IMG/VR virus record: IMGVR_UViG_2882284595_000003
Location: 1-64,000 of that record
Origin: a virus
Taxonomy: Duplodnaviria; Caudoviricetes
DNA length: 64,000 nucleotides
Direction: 5' to 3' (one strand)
Every line of letters begins with the position of its first letter. The first letter of the stretch is position 1. Made by a program: the position numbers and the translations under genes. The notes beneath the pieces are model-generated. The model was given only the letters and a program-made list of their open reading frames with translations. It had not been told where the DNA came from and ran no database searches. Shown here piece by piece: positions 7,924-17,819 of the stretch.

Positions 7924-10900
7924 TTAGTCGAAGTCTCCCAGGCGGCTGCGCTGGCGCGCGGCTTGTTGGTTTTGGGCATTGGCCAGCGCCTGCGCTACTT
8001 GGCGTTGCACCAGCGCGGCCAGCTGCTGCTCGTTCATGCCGGGCGCGGCGTGAATGGTGATGTTGAAGCTGGCCGGCGCAGCGACGGCCGGCGCATGGGC
8101 GCGCAGCGGCGGGCGGGTGTCCAGCTGGCCGGCCATCGCCGGCGCGGTGGCCAGCACCATGCCGGCGCCGGCGGCGGTGATCTTCTTCGCCGCGGACTGC
8201 ACGGCGGCCAGCGGCCCGGCCTGGCCTTTGTCGATACCCTGTTCCAGCCCGGCCATGGTGTAGCCACCGATGGTGGCGAACACGCGGGACGGCGAATGGA
8301 TGTCCAGCTTCTTGCGCAGCCATTCCGGCAACAGCTCGCCCACGCCCAGGATGGCGTCCTTGACCCACACGATGCCCTTTTTGATGCCGCTGACGATGCC
8401 GGACATGATGTCCAGGCCCACTGTCACGAACTTGGCGGCCAGCTCCGCGCCGATGACGATCAGCCCCGCCAACATTTTGCCGAAGCCCTTGCCGGCGCCG
8501 GCGGCCTTGTCCAGGCTTTCCTTGCTGGCGTCCACTGGTCCCAACAACTTGGATACCCATTCCCATGCGGTCTTGAATGCGCCGACCAGCCAGTCCCATA
8601 CCGGGCGCAACGGTTCCAGCGCCGGGCCGATGGCGGCAAAGACTTGATCGAATATCGCCCCCAACGGCGCCAGCCCTTCTTTCAGCCCCTCCCAAAAGCC
8701 GCTGAACCATGCCTTGATTGGTTCCCAATACTTGTAGATGAGCAGGGCGGCCAGGCCAATGACTAGACCGATGGGGTTGGCCATGGCCAAGCGGCCGACG
8801 AATATCAGCGCCTGGCCAATGCCCATGATGGCGCTCACCGCGCCGGACCCGGCGGCAGCCAGACCGCCGCCAATCAGCTTGCCGCCGCCCTTGACGCCAT
8901 CCCAAGCCATGCCTTTGACGCCACGGGTTTTGACGTACTGCGTTACCGCGCCGAGTTTTGACCCTGCGCTGGCGCGCGCCAGCGCCAGCTGGGCGGCAAC
9001 GGCGCGCCACAGTGCGGCGGTGTACTTATAGACGGCGAGCTTGCCGGCCTTGAACTTGTTGCTGACGTTGCTGGCCAGTTCGCGGCTTTTGCTGATGCTG
9101 GCGCGCATCGCCGCCGGCAGGGTGGTTTTCAGCCCCTTGGTCATTTCCCACAGCCGTTTCAACGGCTCGCGCGGGTTGGAATTGCTCCAGGCGGTGGCGA
9201 TGACCTGGCCGGCGCCCTTGGCCGCTTTCGCCGCGGTGGCCCAGCCTGCCTTCATCGCATGGCCAGTCTTGCCGGCCGCGCCGCCCAGCCCGCCGAAGCG
9301 CGCGGCCAGGCCGCCGGCGCGAATGCCCAAGGTGGACAGGCTGAGGCGGGCCAGCGCGAGCGGGCCGAGTACGGCGGCAATCGCCAAGCCCAGCGTGCCC
9401 ACCACGGCCAGCAGCACGGACACGGCTGCGGCGATCCTCACCAGCGTGGCAGCCAGCGCCGGGTTGGCCTTGGTCCAGCCGGAGATACGCTGCAGGATGT
9501 CCGCCGTGGCGCTCATGATGTCCATCAGCGGCTGGCGCAGCGCCTGGCCCATGGCGGATGACTGATTGAACAGCCGGGTTTTCGTCATCTGCCACTGCGC
9601 GGACAGGGTGTCGCTCTTGGCATCGCCTTCACGCTGCATGCTGCCCTTGGCCTTGGCCTCGTTCACCAGTTGCAACTGCTTGCGGTATTCGCCCAGGTTG
9701 TCGGCCAGCTTGGCGGCGTCATCGCCGTATTCCTTGCCGAACAGATCCACCATCACGCCCATTTGTTTGGTTTTGGGCAGTTTATTGACCGCCTCCATCA
9801 CCTTCAGGATGGTGCCGGTGGAGTCCTTCGCCATTTGCGCTTCTATCGCCTTGGCGCTGAGGCTCAGCTCTTTCAGCCCCTTTTGGAAACGCTTGGGCTG
9901 CTTCTCGGCAATTTGCAGCTCGCGCACCATGGCCTTGGTGGCGGTGGCGGCGATCTCCGGCGATGATCCTAGCGACAAGAAGGTGGAGCCAAGCGCCGCG
10001 GCTTCCTTGTAGTTCATGCTGCCGACACTGCCAGCGATGCGCTGCATCACATTGATGATGTCGGCGCCCTTGGACTGCGCATTGTCATCCAGGTAGTTGA
10101 TGACGTCGCCCAGTTGTTGGATGTCCTTGATTGGGACTTTGTAGATGTTGGCGATCTTACCCATGTCTTCGGATAGCTGGTCCGCCGGCAGGTCAAACGC
10201 GGTCGAGGCTAGGGCGGCGACGCGGGCAAACTCCAGCAGATTGTCTTTGCCCTGAATGCCCATCCGCGCGCTGCCCTCCACCAGCGCGGCTATCTCGGTG
10301 GTGGCCATCGGGATTTTCTCGGCCATAGCCTTGATGGCGTCGCCCATCTGGTAATAGGTGGCGGTCAGTCGGCCATTGTCATCGCGCGCGCCATCCACCT
10401 GCTTGGCCACGCCCAGCATGGCGTCTTCGAAACTGCTGAAGTCGGCCACCATCTTGACCGCAGGCGCACCGATGGCCGCTCCGGTGGCGACGGTAGCGGC
10501 ACTGCCGCCGACCACCTTGTCGCGTGCCTCCAATTGACGGCTATAGCGCTGCTGGGCCTCGTTCAACTGGCGCTGCCGGCCGGCGACACGGCCCAGCGCC
10601 GCCTCCCGTGTCGCCAGCGCGGCATTGGTGGCGGCGATCTTGCCGGCCAGGCTGGCTTCGGTGGCGGAGAGTTGGCGGGTGTCGATGCCTTCGCGCTGCA
10701 TGGCGCTGGATGCGGCGCGGGCTGCATCCAGCTTTTTGCGGTGAGCAATGGCGAGCTTGTCCACCGCGCGCTCGGCGGCGGCGAACTGGCGGGCCAGCTT
10801 GTCGCTGGCGCCGCCGGTCTGTTGCATCTGCTTGCGCACTTCCTCCAGGCGCTGGCGCGCGCCCGTCAGGTTTTGGCCAACATCCTTGCTTTCTTTCGTC

Positions 10901-11070
10901 AGCTTGCGGAAGGCGTCAATGCTGCCCTGGGTGGCTTGCAGCGCCTTGAGCTGGTCGCGGCTTTCCTTCACGGCGCGCGCCAGCTCCTTGTTGCCGGCCA
11001 TCGCTTGTTTCAAGGGCCGGGTCAGCTTGTCCACGGCGGCGAGGACGACTTCCAGTTTTAGCTTGCTCAT
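7924..11070 (-). CDS. gpT: Tail tape measure protein
   Basis: 1048 aa, Ala-rich helical, ends in LDIHSPSRVF; synteny. Confidence 0.95.
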   Translation of the reverse strand: MSKLKLEVVLAAVDKLTRPLKQAMAGNKELARAVKESRDQLKALQATQGSIDAFRKLTKESKDVGQNLTGARQRLEEVRKQMQQTGGASDKLARQFAAAERAVDKLAIAHRKKLDAARAASSAMQREGIDTRQLSATEASLAGKIAATNAALATREAALGRVAGRQRQLNEAQQRYSRQLEARDKVVGGSAATVATGAAIGAPAVKMVADFSSFEDAMLGVAKQVDGARDDNGRLTATYYQMGDAIKAMAEKIPMATTEIAALVEGSARMGIQGKDNLLEFARVAALASTAFDLPADQLSEDMGKIANIYKVPIKDIQQLGDVINYLDDNAQSKGADIINVMQRIAGSVGSMNYKEAAALGSTFLSLGSSPEIAATATKAMVRELQIAEKQPKRFQKGLKELSLSAKAIEAQMAKDSTGTILKVMEAVNKLPKTKQMGVMVDLFGKEYGDDAAKLADNLGEYRKQLQLVNEAKAKGSMQREGDAKSDTLSAQWQMTKTRLFNQSSAMGQALRQPLMDIMSATADILQRISGWTKANPALAATLVRIAAAVSVLLAVVGTLGLAIAAVLGPLALARLSLSTLGIRAGGLAARFGGLGGAAGKTGHAMKAGWATAAKAAKGAGQVIATAWSNSNPREPLKRLWEMTKGLKTTLPAAMRASISKSRELASNVSNKFKAGKLAVYKYTAALWRAVAAQLALARASAGSKLGAVTQYVKTRGVKGMAWDGVKGGGKLIGGGLAAAGSGAVSAIMGIGQALIFVGRLAMANPIGLVIGLAALLIYKYWEPIKAWFSGFWEGLKEGLAPLGAIFDQVFAAIGPALEPLRPVWDWLVGAFKTAWEWVSKLLGPVDASKESLDKAAGAGKGFGKMLAGLIVIGAELAAKFVTVGLDIMSGIVSGIKKGIVWVKDAILGVGELLPEWLRKKLDIHSPSRVFATIGGYTMAGLEQGIDKGQAGPLAAVQSAAKKITAAGAGMVLATAPAMAGQLDTRPPLRAHAPAVAAPASFNITIHAAPGMNEQQLAALVQRQVAQALANAQNQQAARQRSRLGDFD

Positions 11071-11246
11071 TCGTCGGCGTTTCCTGATCGAAGGCGGGCG
11101 CGCTCGCGCCAGCTGGCCAGCTCGGCCAGCGGCATGGCGTCATAGGCGGCGGGCGGCCAGTGGAACACGGTAGCAATGTCGGCGATGGCGTCGTCTACGC
11201 TTGCGGAGATGGGATATCCTGCTGTTCCGATTTCTTCAGCAAAAAA
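11067..11246 (-). CDS. gpE': E' extension, -1 frameshift product of gene E
   Basis: ADIATVFHWPP...L.W motif in the -1 frame; P2-type slippery TTTTTTG at 11246-11240. Confidence 0.85.
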   Translation of the reverse strand, partial: FFAEEIGTAGYPISASVDDAIADIATVFHWPPAAYDAMPLAELASWRERARLRSGNADE

Positions 11247-11491
11247 GCCGCCACCATCGAGGCGCATTCGGTGAAGTCCGCCACGTCCATCTTGGTGACG
11301 TCTTGCTCGTTCAGCGCCGGGCTGGTGATGCGCGGCAGCACTTTGTGTAGCGCGCTGACGTCCATCTGCAGGAGGTCGGACAGCTTGATGCCGCGCAGCT
11401 CGCCGGCGCCGGGCTTGCGCAGCTCGATGGCGGTGATTTCGCTGTCGCCGCGCTTGATCGGGGTGTCCAGGGTGATGATGTTTTCGCTCAT
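11195..11491 (-). CDS. gpE: Tail assembly chaperone E
   Basis: ITLDTPIKRG...LRKP.AGELRG...VLPRIT. Confidence 0.93.
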   Translation of the reverse strand: MSENIITLDTPIKRGDSEITAIELRKPGAGELRGIKLSDLLQMDVSALHKVLPRITSPALNEQDVTKMDVADFTECASMVAAFLLKKSEQQDIPSPQA

Positions 11492-11543
11492 GATGATTCC
11501 TATGGAGTGTGTCGGCCCGCCGGCGGCAGGCCGTGAGGGTGAG

Positions 11544-12056
11544 TTACAGACCTACGTTTTTGCGGTGCTGGGCCTGGCGGTCCACGCCCATGACTTTGAA
11601 CACGTCGTTCACCACATCCAGCTCCATCCATTCCTTGCCGTTTACCACCAGCTTGAAATAGCTGAGGCTGGTTTTTACTTTGAAGCTGCCGTTGTCGCCG
11701 GCCTTGGCGTCGCCCAGGTCCAGCTCGTTGTGGCGGCCGCGCGCGACGACTTCCACCGCGTGGTCGCTGCCGTCGCTTTCATCGGCATAACTGCCCATCC
11801 AGCGCAGTTCTGACGCGTCGTGTTTGTCGGCGCCGAAGCTGGCGACGATTTCTTCAACCGGCCCGCTGTAGGTGTGTTCCATTTCCAGCTTGTCGATGCC
11901 CTTGAGCAGATCGACGGAACCGATCATGCCGGCGCCGCGGTACTCCTCGGTCTTCATGGCGAGCTTGGGCAGCTTCATTTCCAGACATTCGGCGACAAAG
12001 CTTTTGCGGTTGTTGAATACGTTGAATTTGCGCAGGGTGCGCGGCAGTCCTGCCAT
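11544..12056 (-). CDS. gpFII: Tail tube protein
   Basis: LPRTLRKFN...LPKL..K.EEYRGAGM. Confidence 0.95.
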   Translation of the reverse strand: MAGLPRTLRKFNVFNNRKSFVAECLEMKLPKLAMKTEEYRGAGMIGSVDLLKGIDKLEMEHTYSGPVEEIVASFGADKHDASELRWMGSYADESDGSDHAVEVVARGRHNELDLGDAKAGDNGSFKVKTSLSYFKLVVNGKEWMELDVVNDVFKVMGVDRQAQHRKNVGL

Positions 12057-12071
12057 GGGGTTCTCCTGGGG

Positions 12072-13244
12072 TTAGCGGTTGACCTGGTCGGCGAAATCCA
12101 TCAGGTAGCGGTCGGTGATGCGCTGGCGGAAGGTGAGGTTTTCCAGCGGCGGAACTTCGGTGTATTCGTAGTCGATGGCCAGCTTGCCGGTCTTTAGTCC
12201 TTCCTTGTCGTTGGCGCTCTCGTCGTACCAGGCGCGGAAGCCCAGCAGATAGCCGGCCGTCACCAGCTCGCGGCCCTTGGCGTTGATGCCCTCCACGATG
12301 TCTTTCACCAGTACCGGCGTCAGCGGCTTGTCCATCGCCCACATATGGGCCTCGGCGATGGTGTCGGCCAGCACCTGGGCGGTGCGGGTGGACGACTCGA
12401 ATGGGAACTGCGGGTCGCTGGAGCAATTGCGGCTTCCCCAAAAGCGGAAGCCTTCGCGGCGGATCAGGGTGGTGATGCCTTTTTCGTTGAGGTAGCCGGC
12501 GTCGGTGGCCGGGTGCTGCAAGTCCCAATACACATCGCGGCTGATGCCGCTGACGCCTTGCACCACGACGTTGGAAAGCGTCTTGTGCCAGCCTTCGGAC
12601 TCGTCCAGCGCGGCGCGCAGGCCCAGCGCGTGGGCGGTGGCCGGCGCGATGGCATCCTTGCCGGCGGCGCTATCCCAAACCAGGAAGTCCGGCCAGATCA
12701 GCATCAGCTCGCGCTGGCCAAAGTTGGCGCGGTAGGCGGCGACGTCTTCCTTGGTCTTGCAGCCCCAGGCGCTGATATAGGCCATGGCGCGCAGCTTGAC
12801 GGCGATGGCCGCCAGTTCGGTGGCAACCGGCAGCGTGTCCAGGCCGGGCGCGCCCAAGATGCGCGGACGCACGCCGACGCGCTGCTGGGCAGACAACAAC
12901 GCTTTCAGGCCGGTGTATTGGCCGGCCGCGGTGGTGGTGCCGATGACGAGGCCGTTTTGCTCGGCCTCGTCCTTGCCGGTCTTGATCCGCACCACCACCA
13001 CCAGCGGGCTGGCGTTGTCGGCGATGGCGTCGAGGCTGGCGGCCAGCGTGCCTTTGCTGCCGGCCTGGCCGATGGCGCGCTGAACATCGGTGATCAGTAC
13101 CGCGGTGTCGAGCGGGAAGGCGGCCGGGTCGGCATCGTCTGCGGTGCAGACCATGCCAATGACGGCGGTGGAAATCGTGCGAATGGGGCGCGTGCCGTTG
13201 GCGATTTCAAGCACGCGCACGCCGTGGTGGTAATCCTGGGGCAT
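12072..13244 (-). CDS. gpFI: Tail sheath protein
   Basis: YHHGVRV...GFRFWGSR...PPLENL. Confidence 0.97.
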   Translation of the reverse strand: MPQDYHHGVRVLEIANGTRPIRTISTAVIGMVCTADDADPAAFPLDTAVLITDVQRAIGQAGSKGTLAASLDAIADNASPLVVVVRIKTGKDEAEQNGLVIGTTTAAGQYTGLKALLSAQQRVGVRPRILGAPGLDTLPVATELAAIAVKLRAMAYISAWGCKTKEDVAAYRANFGQRELMLIWPDFLVWDSAAGKDAIAPATAHALGLRAALDESEGWHKTLSNVVVQGVSGISRDVYWDLQHPATDAGYLNEKGITTLIRREGFRFWGSRNCSSDPQFPFESSTRTAQVLADTIAEAHMWAMDKPLTPVLVKDIVEGINAKGRELVTAGYLLGFRAWYDESANDKEGLKTGKLAIDYEYTEVPPLENLTFRQRITDRYLMDFADQVNR

Positions 13245-13272
13245 GTCTCAGTCTCCGGGTGAGGTTCTGAGC

Positions 13273-13333
13273 ATGTTGCCGCGCTAAATCTGTCTGGTCA
13301 GCTGACGCTTGTTGTGTGGAAGGACGGCACAAC
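13273..13333 (-). promoter_or_regulatory. Ogr-dependent late promoter (pF equivalent)
   Basis: GTTGTG-N11-CACAAC dyad (13311-13333), 32 bp from -10-like CAACAT; same geometry upstream of V. Confidence 0.75.
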
Positions 13334-13364
13334 CTAGGATGAAATAATCCGTATTTTCACGTAA

Positions 13365-13799
13365 TTGCTCATGCCGTTTCCCGTCTCCGCCTTGGTCCAT
13401 CAATTTCTGGAACAAGCGGACGAGAGGGATATGCTGTCGTTGTTGAGCATGCTGGAGAAAATAGCCCGGCAGGATGTGCCGCTGCATATGCGGGCCGGGA
13501 TGGCTGTGGATTTGCGCGAGCTGTTGGCGGATGCGGCATTGCGCGACAGCGTGCAGGCCCGGCAATTGGGCCAGCTATCCGATTCCGAGGTATCCGTAGT
13601 TTTACTTATCGCCGCTGGGAAAAGCCACCGCCGGGCGGCGGAAATGCTGGACATCAGCGAGCGCACCATCCGCGCCCATATCGAAAATTCCATGAAAAAA
13701 CTGGGGCTTAAGCCGGCGGCGGGAGACAAGCGGCTGGATGCCCGCTTACTCATCGCGCACATATTTTTGCCTGATGTTATGCAGCGTATTAGCGATTAA
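13365..13799 (+). CDS. LuxR-type HTH regulator (moron)
   Basis: LSDSEVSVVLLIAAGKS...AEMLDISERTIRAHIEN.MKKLG; start uncertain. Confidence 0.85.
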   Translation: MLMPFPVSALVHQFLEQADERDMLSLLSMLEKIARQDVPLHMRAGMAVDLRELLADAALRDSVQARQLGQLSDSEVSVVLLIAAGKSHRRAAEMLDISERTIRAHIENSMKKLGLKPAAGDKRLDARLLIAHIFLPDVMQRISD

Positions 13800-13881
13800 G
13801 CCAATATGCAGCCGCGAGAAATTCCATAAAAATACTGTTTTGGAATTTTTCACCCAAAAGCAAAAACTAAAAGGCAAGAAA

Positions 13882-14106
13882 ATGCGCAATCGCTCTGAAG
13901 CTATTCATTTGAATCCCCTTATTGGAACCTCGCCGCGTGACACCCTAGAAAATCTCTGTTGCTGCCTAGATAAAATCGGCCACACCCTGGCATCCCATCA
14001 CGATGACCCATCGATTGGGTTTATCTCGGATGCGGCCGTCGCCGCCCTGAGATTTGAAGTCGATCAGATCGGCAAACGGCCACCGCCGCAAGGCAAGGCG
14101 GCATAA
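13882..14106 (+). CDS. Small hypothetical protein
   Basis: 74-aa ORF after an AT-rich spacer, followed by a terminator. Confidence 0.55.
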   Translation: MRNRSEAIHLNPLIGTSPRDTLENLCCCLDKIGHTLASHHDDPSIGFISDAAVAALRFEVDQIGKRPPPQGKAA

Positions 14107-14110
14107 ACAA

Positions 14111-14136
14111 ACAGCCCCGCGAATGCGGGGCTTTGT
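14111..14136. terminator. Terminator between convergent genes
   Basis: AGCCCCGC-gaat-GCGGGGCT. Confidence 0.75.
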
Positions 14137-14750
14137 CATAGTGCGGCTGGCGGTGCCGGCCAATTGACTGCGGCCGGGTAGCCTGGCTGCTGCGGCACGC
14201 GGGACAGCTCCACCCGGTAGCGCCGCCAGGCGGCCAACAGTTCGGCTTCAGCTGGCGTCGCCATGCCCAGGTCAGCCGCATCATGCAGCGGCACAATGGC
14301 CGCATCGGCCTGGCCGCGCCGCGCGGCGATTTCCGTTTCGACTGCGGCACGCTGTGCGGCCAACGCGGCGGCGTGGTCAACGCTCCAACCCGCGCCATCC
14401 CACACGCCAAACGGTGGCGGCGCCAGCTCGGTCGCGCCCAGCGCCTCCGGCGTGTCGCCCAGCTGCGCGGCAATCGGCTGCGCCGTGGCGGTGTCCCACA
14501 GCGGCACGCCGCGCCAATCCGGCAGCAGCTGCCAGCCGCCACCCAGGATGCAATGGGCGGGGATGCTGCCGTCGGCCGCGCGCCAGGCGGCCGCGTGGCG
14601 CGGGCCGGCCGCCGGAGGGGCAGCTTCTGCCGCCCAGGCGGGAATCAGATAGACCTCGTCCACATCCAGCGGCGAGCGTTGCGCCGTGGTTTGCCCGGTG
14701 CATTCGCCGGTCGCGGCGCTGTAGCAATACACTATTTTTTGTTCGTTCAT
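14136..14750 (-). CDS. Tail fibre assembly chaperone
   Basis: VYCYSAATGE...LIPAWA...L.AWRRYRVELSRV..WP (Tfa-like). Confidence 0.92.
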   Translation of the reverse strand: MNEQKIVYCYSAATGECTGQTTAQRSPLDVDEVYLIPAWAAEAAPPAAGPRHAAAWRAADGSIPAHCILGGGWQLLPDWRGVPLWDTATAQPIAAQLGDTPEALGATELAPPPFGVWDGAGWSVDHAAALAAQRAAVETEIAARRGQADAAIVPLHDAADLGMATPAEAELLAAWRRYRVELSRVPQQPGYPAAVNWPAPPAAL

Positions 14751-15738
14751 TGGTACCCCCTCAGACTTTGATGCAGGCCAGCAGCGCGACGTTGCGGGGC
14801 CGGGACTCGTTGCCGCCGGTGCTGTATGTCGCGTAACGCAAATACCTGCCGCTGCCGTTCCACTCTCCCAACAATTCATTTGACGCCTGCCGCGCGCCCA
14901 AATCCAGCGGCGCGCCGCCATTGTCCACGAGGACAGTGTCCTGGCCGGCAATATTGCCTGCCGGTGTCGGGATGGCGTGATCGTGTGCCAGATTCTGAGA
15001 GGCCTGGCGGCTACCAAAACTGCGGCCGGCGACGTCTACACCGCCCCCAGCATCCCAGCCGCGGATAAACTCGCCGCGTAGATCTGGCACGCCGAATGTG
15101 GTTTTGCCATCGCCAGCGCCGAATCGCTCACCAATGGCCGCAAACAGTGCGGCGTAGGTTGCGCGCGATACATCCTGCGCGCCGTTGCAGATGATCCAGC
15201 CCGGCGGCGGCGTGTCGCGGGCGAAATAGGCAATCTGCCCAGGCGGCGCGGCGGCGGTGATGCCATCCTGCGTGGTGGCGGCATCCGCCAGCTGGCGCCA
15301 CACAGTCCAGCGGCCCTGATAGCGGCAGCGGTGCCAGAATCCCCCATCGGCAAACGCCTGATAGGTGTGATAGACCATCTCGCCGGTCGCCCTCACGGTC
15401 AGTTGGCCGGCCTGTGGGCAGGGCCAATTCTTGCCCTTGATCGCATTATCGTTGGCGGGATTGTGGTAAATGCCGGTGATAGTGAGGGTGTCCAGATCTA
15501 CCGCCGATGCAATATCCGCCCGCAGTGGCAATGCATCGGCGATGCCATAACCGTCCAGCGTGGCGGCCTTGTCGGCCTTGGTGGCCAGCTTCTTGGTCAG
15601 GTTGGCCGCAAAACTGGCGTCATTGTCCAGCGCGGCCGCCAGCTCTTGCAGGGTGTCCAGGGCGCCCGGTGCGCCGGCGATGACGTTACTGATAGCCGCT
15701 TGCAGCTCGGCCTTGGTGGCGGCGTCGGTGATGCCGTA
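14200..15738. repeat. Copy 1 of ~1.54-kb near-identical direct repeat (fibre tip + chaperone)
   Basis: Aligns to 25056-26594 at a constant offset of 10,856. Confidence 0.95.
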
Positions 15739-16365
15739 GCCAGCCAAGGTGCTGGCTTTGTCGGCTTTGCCGGCCAGCTTCTTGGTCAGGTTGGCGGCGA
15801 AGCTGGCGTCATTGTCCAGTGCCGTCGCCAGCTTTTGCAGGGTGTTGAGCGCGCCGGGCGCACCGGCCACCACGCCATCAATGGCGGCTTGCAATTCGGC
15901 CTTGCTGGCGGCGTCGGCGATGCCGTAGCCGGCGAGGGTGGATGGCTTGCCGCTGGCAATCTTGTTCCAGTCCAGCGCTGGCACGTCCGCCGCCGTCATC
16001 TGTCGCCCAGCTGCCACGCGGCCTTTCGCATCCACCGTCACCATGCCGTAACTACCGGCGGTCACGCCGCTGTTTGCCAGCGTCAGCGCGCCGCTGACAT
16101 TGCCGCTGCCGTCGAACGTCACGCTCCAGCTACCATCCCCGGTCATGGCGAGGTTGCGCGGGGTCTTGAGGCGGTCGGCGTACTCGGCCACCAGCGCGCC
16201 GGACACGATGTCGTCTATCTGCTTCTTCAGGTACTCGGTGCGCTCCAGCAACTCGGACGGCGCACGGTTGAGCGGGCCGCCGTCGCCGCCCAGCAATCGC
16301 TCCGTTACCTCGTAGCGGGTGACGCCGGGCCAACCGGGCGTAGCGGGGATGGGAAGGGCTGTCAT
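14761..16365 (-). CDS. Tail fibre protein with collar domain
   Basis: TLAGYGI repeats, PDLRGEFIRGWD collar, RPRNVALLACIK end; internal 189-bp tandem repeat at ~15541-15940. Confidence 0.95.
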   Translation of the reverse strand: MTALPIPATPGWPGVTRYEVTERLLGGDGGPLNRAPSELLERTEYLKKQIDDIVSGALVAEYADRLKTPRNLAMTGDGSWSVTFDGSGNVSGALTLANSGVTAGSYGMVTVDAKGRVAAGRQMTAADVPALDWNKIASGKPSTLAGYGIADAASKAELQAAIDGVVAGAPGALNTLQKLATALDNDASFAANLTKKLAGKADKASTLAGYGITDAATKAELQAAISNVIAGAPGALDTLQELAAALDNDASFAANLTKKLATKADKAATLDGYGIADALPLRADIASAVDLDTLTITGIYHNPANDNAIKGKNWPCPQAGQLTVRATGEMVYHTYQAFADGGFWHRCRYQGRWTVWRQLADAATTQDGITAAAPPGQIAYFARDTPPPGWIICNGAQDVSRATYAALFAAIGERFGAGDGKTTFGVPDLRGEFIRGWDAGGGVDVAGRSFGSRQASQNLAHDHAIPTPAGNIAGQDTVLVDNGGAPLDLGARQASNELLGEWNGSGRYLRYATYSTGGNESRPRNVALLACIKV

Positions 16366-16928
16366 GTTCGTATCACTCCTGCGGTATAGGCGCCGTTGGC
16401 GCTGGCGTAGCCGTTGGCGATCAGTGTGGCGCCGGTGAAGTCCAAGCCCCACAGCACGCAACGTGCCGGGGCCACATCATTGAGAATTCTGCGGGCAGCG
16501 GCGGCCTGCTCCAGGCTCAGCATCTTGTCGATCTGCACCCGGTATTCAGGCCAGCCGGCGGGATCGCCTGCGGTGCCGAAGCCATCGGCCACCAGTTCGC
16601 CGTCTGCCTGGTAGTGGTGGTTGCCCTCGTTGATTCGCACTTCGCCCAGACCGAGGTCGCGGAACACCTGGCGCACAGCCGAGAGGGTTCCCTTGCGGCG
16701 GTGGACGGCGACGGAGGAGGCAATCAGGGCGCGTTGTTGCTCCTCGGTGGCGGCGGCGTCGAAGTTTGCCACGCTGCGGGACCACGCCAGCCAGGGCAGC
16801 AGCGGCGCCGGGCAGCGGCGGCTGTCGGCCAGGCCACGAATCGGCGATGGGTCCAGCGTCAGCGCGCAGGCATCGGCCAGCGCGGCTTCAAGCGGCGTGC
16901 GGTTGGGCGGCAGCAGTTGGCGGCTCAT
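16362..16928 (-). CDS. gpI: Tail protein I
   Basis: LLPPNRTPLE...LLPWLAW..SV...HRRKGT. Confidence 0.92.
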   Translation of the reverse strand: MSRQLLPPNRTPLEAALADACALTLDPSPIRGLADSRRCPAPLLPWLAWSRSVANFDAAATEEQQRALIASSVAVHRRKGTLSAVRQVFRDLGLGEVRINEGNHHYQADGELVADGFGTAGDPAGWPEYRVQIDKMLSLEQAAAARRILNDVAPARCVLWGLDFTGATLIANGYASANGAYTAGVIRT

Positions 16929-17815
16929 TGCGGCGTCACCGTGATGGCGGCGCAGTCGGGAAACTGGCCAACGCCGCACAGCACGTCCGCCGCCGGACTG
17001 GCGATGCTGACACGGTCCACGCCTGGCACATGCAATGCGGCGTCAATGGCGGAGCGCGGCACGCTGCCGCCGATTTTGCGGCGCTCGGCAAGCATCCGGT
17101 CCAGTCGGTCGCGGGCGCCGGCCAGTCCGCCGCTGGCGGCCTCGCCGCCAGGCTGGTACAGGATGCGGGCATCGATAGCGAATGCCAGCGGCTGGCTGGC
17201 GCAGACCTGCACCGTGTCGCACAGCGGACGCACGTCCTCGGCGCTCAACGCGGCGGCGACGGTATCGCATAGCGCTGGGCTGGCGATGCCGTCACGGCCC
17301 AGCAGCCACACCCGCACCACGCCGCCGGCCGGGGTATCCACATCGGCATCCAGCACCTCGGCGCTGGCGCTCAAGGCATGAAACAAGTACGCGCCGCGCG
17401 GCCCGCCGCTGGCCAGCCCTTCCAGCGCCATCTGGCAGCGATAGCGCAGCCGGCTGTCGTCTTCCCATAGCGCCTCGGTTGGCGGGGTGACGTCCGGGTT
17501 GGCTGGCTGGATCAGCAGCCGCTGCACGCCGTAGTCTGCGGCGCGGTTGTCGAGATCGGCGCCGGCGGCGTAGGCCAGCAGGCTGGCGCGGGCGGCTTCG
17601 TTGACGCGCTGGCGCAGCAGCATTTCGCGGTAGCTGGCCAGCTGCAGCGCCATGGTGATCGGCTCGCTTTCCAGTTGCAGCGCGGCGGCGTAGCTCGCGC
17701 GCTGCTCAGGCGGGACCCGCGCAAGAAAACCGGATTTGTAGGCCTCAAGCAGAGTTTCGTAATCGATGGCATCCACGATGGTCGGCGCGGGCAGGCGGGT
17801 CAGGTCTATGGCCAT
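16925..17815 (-). CDS. gpJ: Baseplate J protein
   Basis: IDLTRLPAP...LESEP...VRPLCD.V. Confidence 0.95.
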   Translation of the reverse strand: MAIDLTRLPAPTIVDAIDYETLLEAYKSGFLARVPPEQRASYAAALQLESEPITMALQLASYREMLLRQRVNEAARASLLAYAAGADLDNRAADYGVQRLLIQPANPDVTPPTEALWEDDSRLRYRCQMALEGLASGGPRGAYLFHALSASAEVLDADVDTPAGGVVRVWLLGRDGIASPALCDTVAAALSAEDVRPLCDTVQVCASQPLAFAIDARILYQPGGEAASGGLAGARDRLDRMLAERRKIGGSVPRSAIDAALHVPGVDRVSIASPAADVLCGVGQFPDCAAITVTPQ

Positions 17816-17819
17816 GCGG

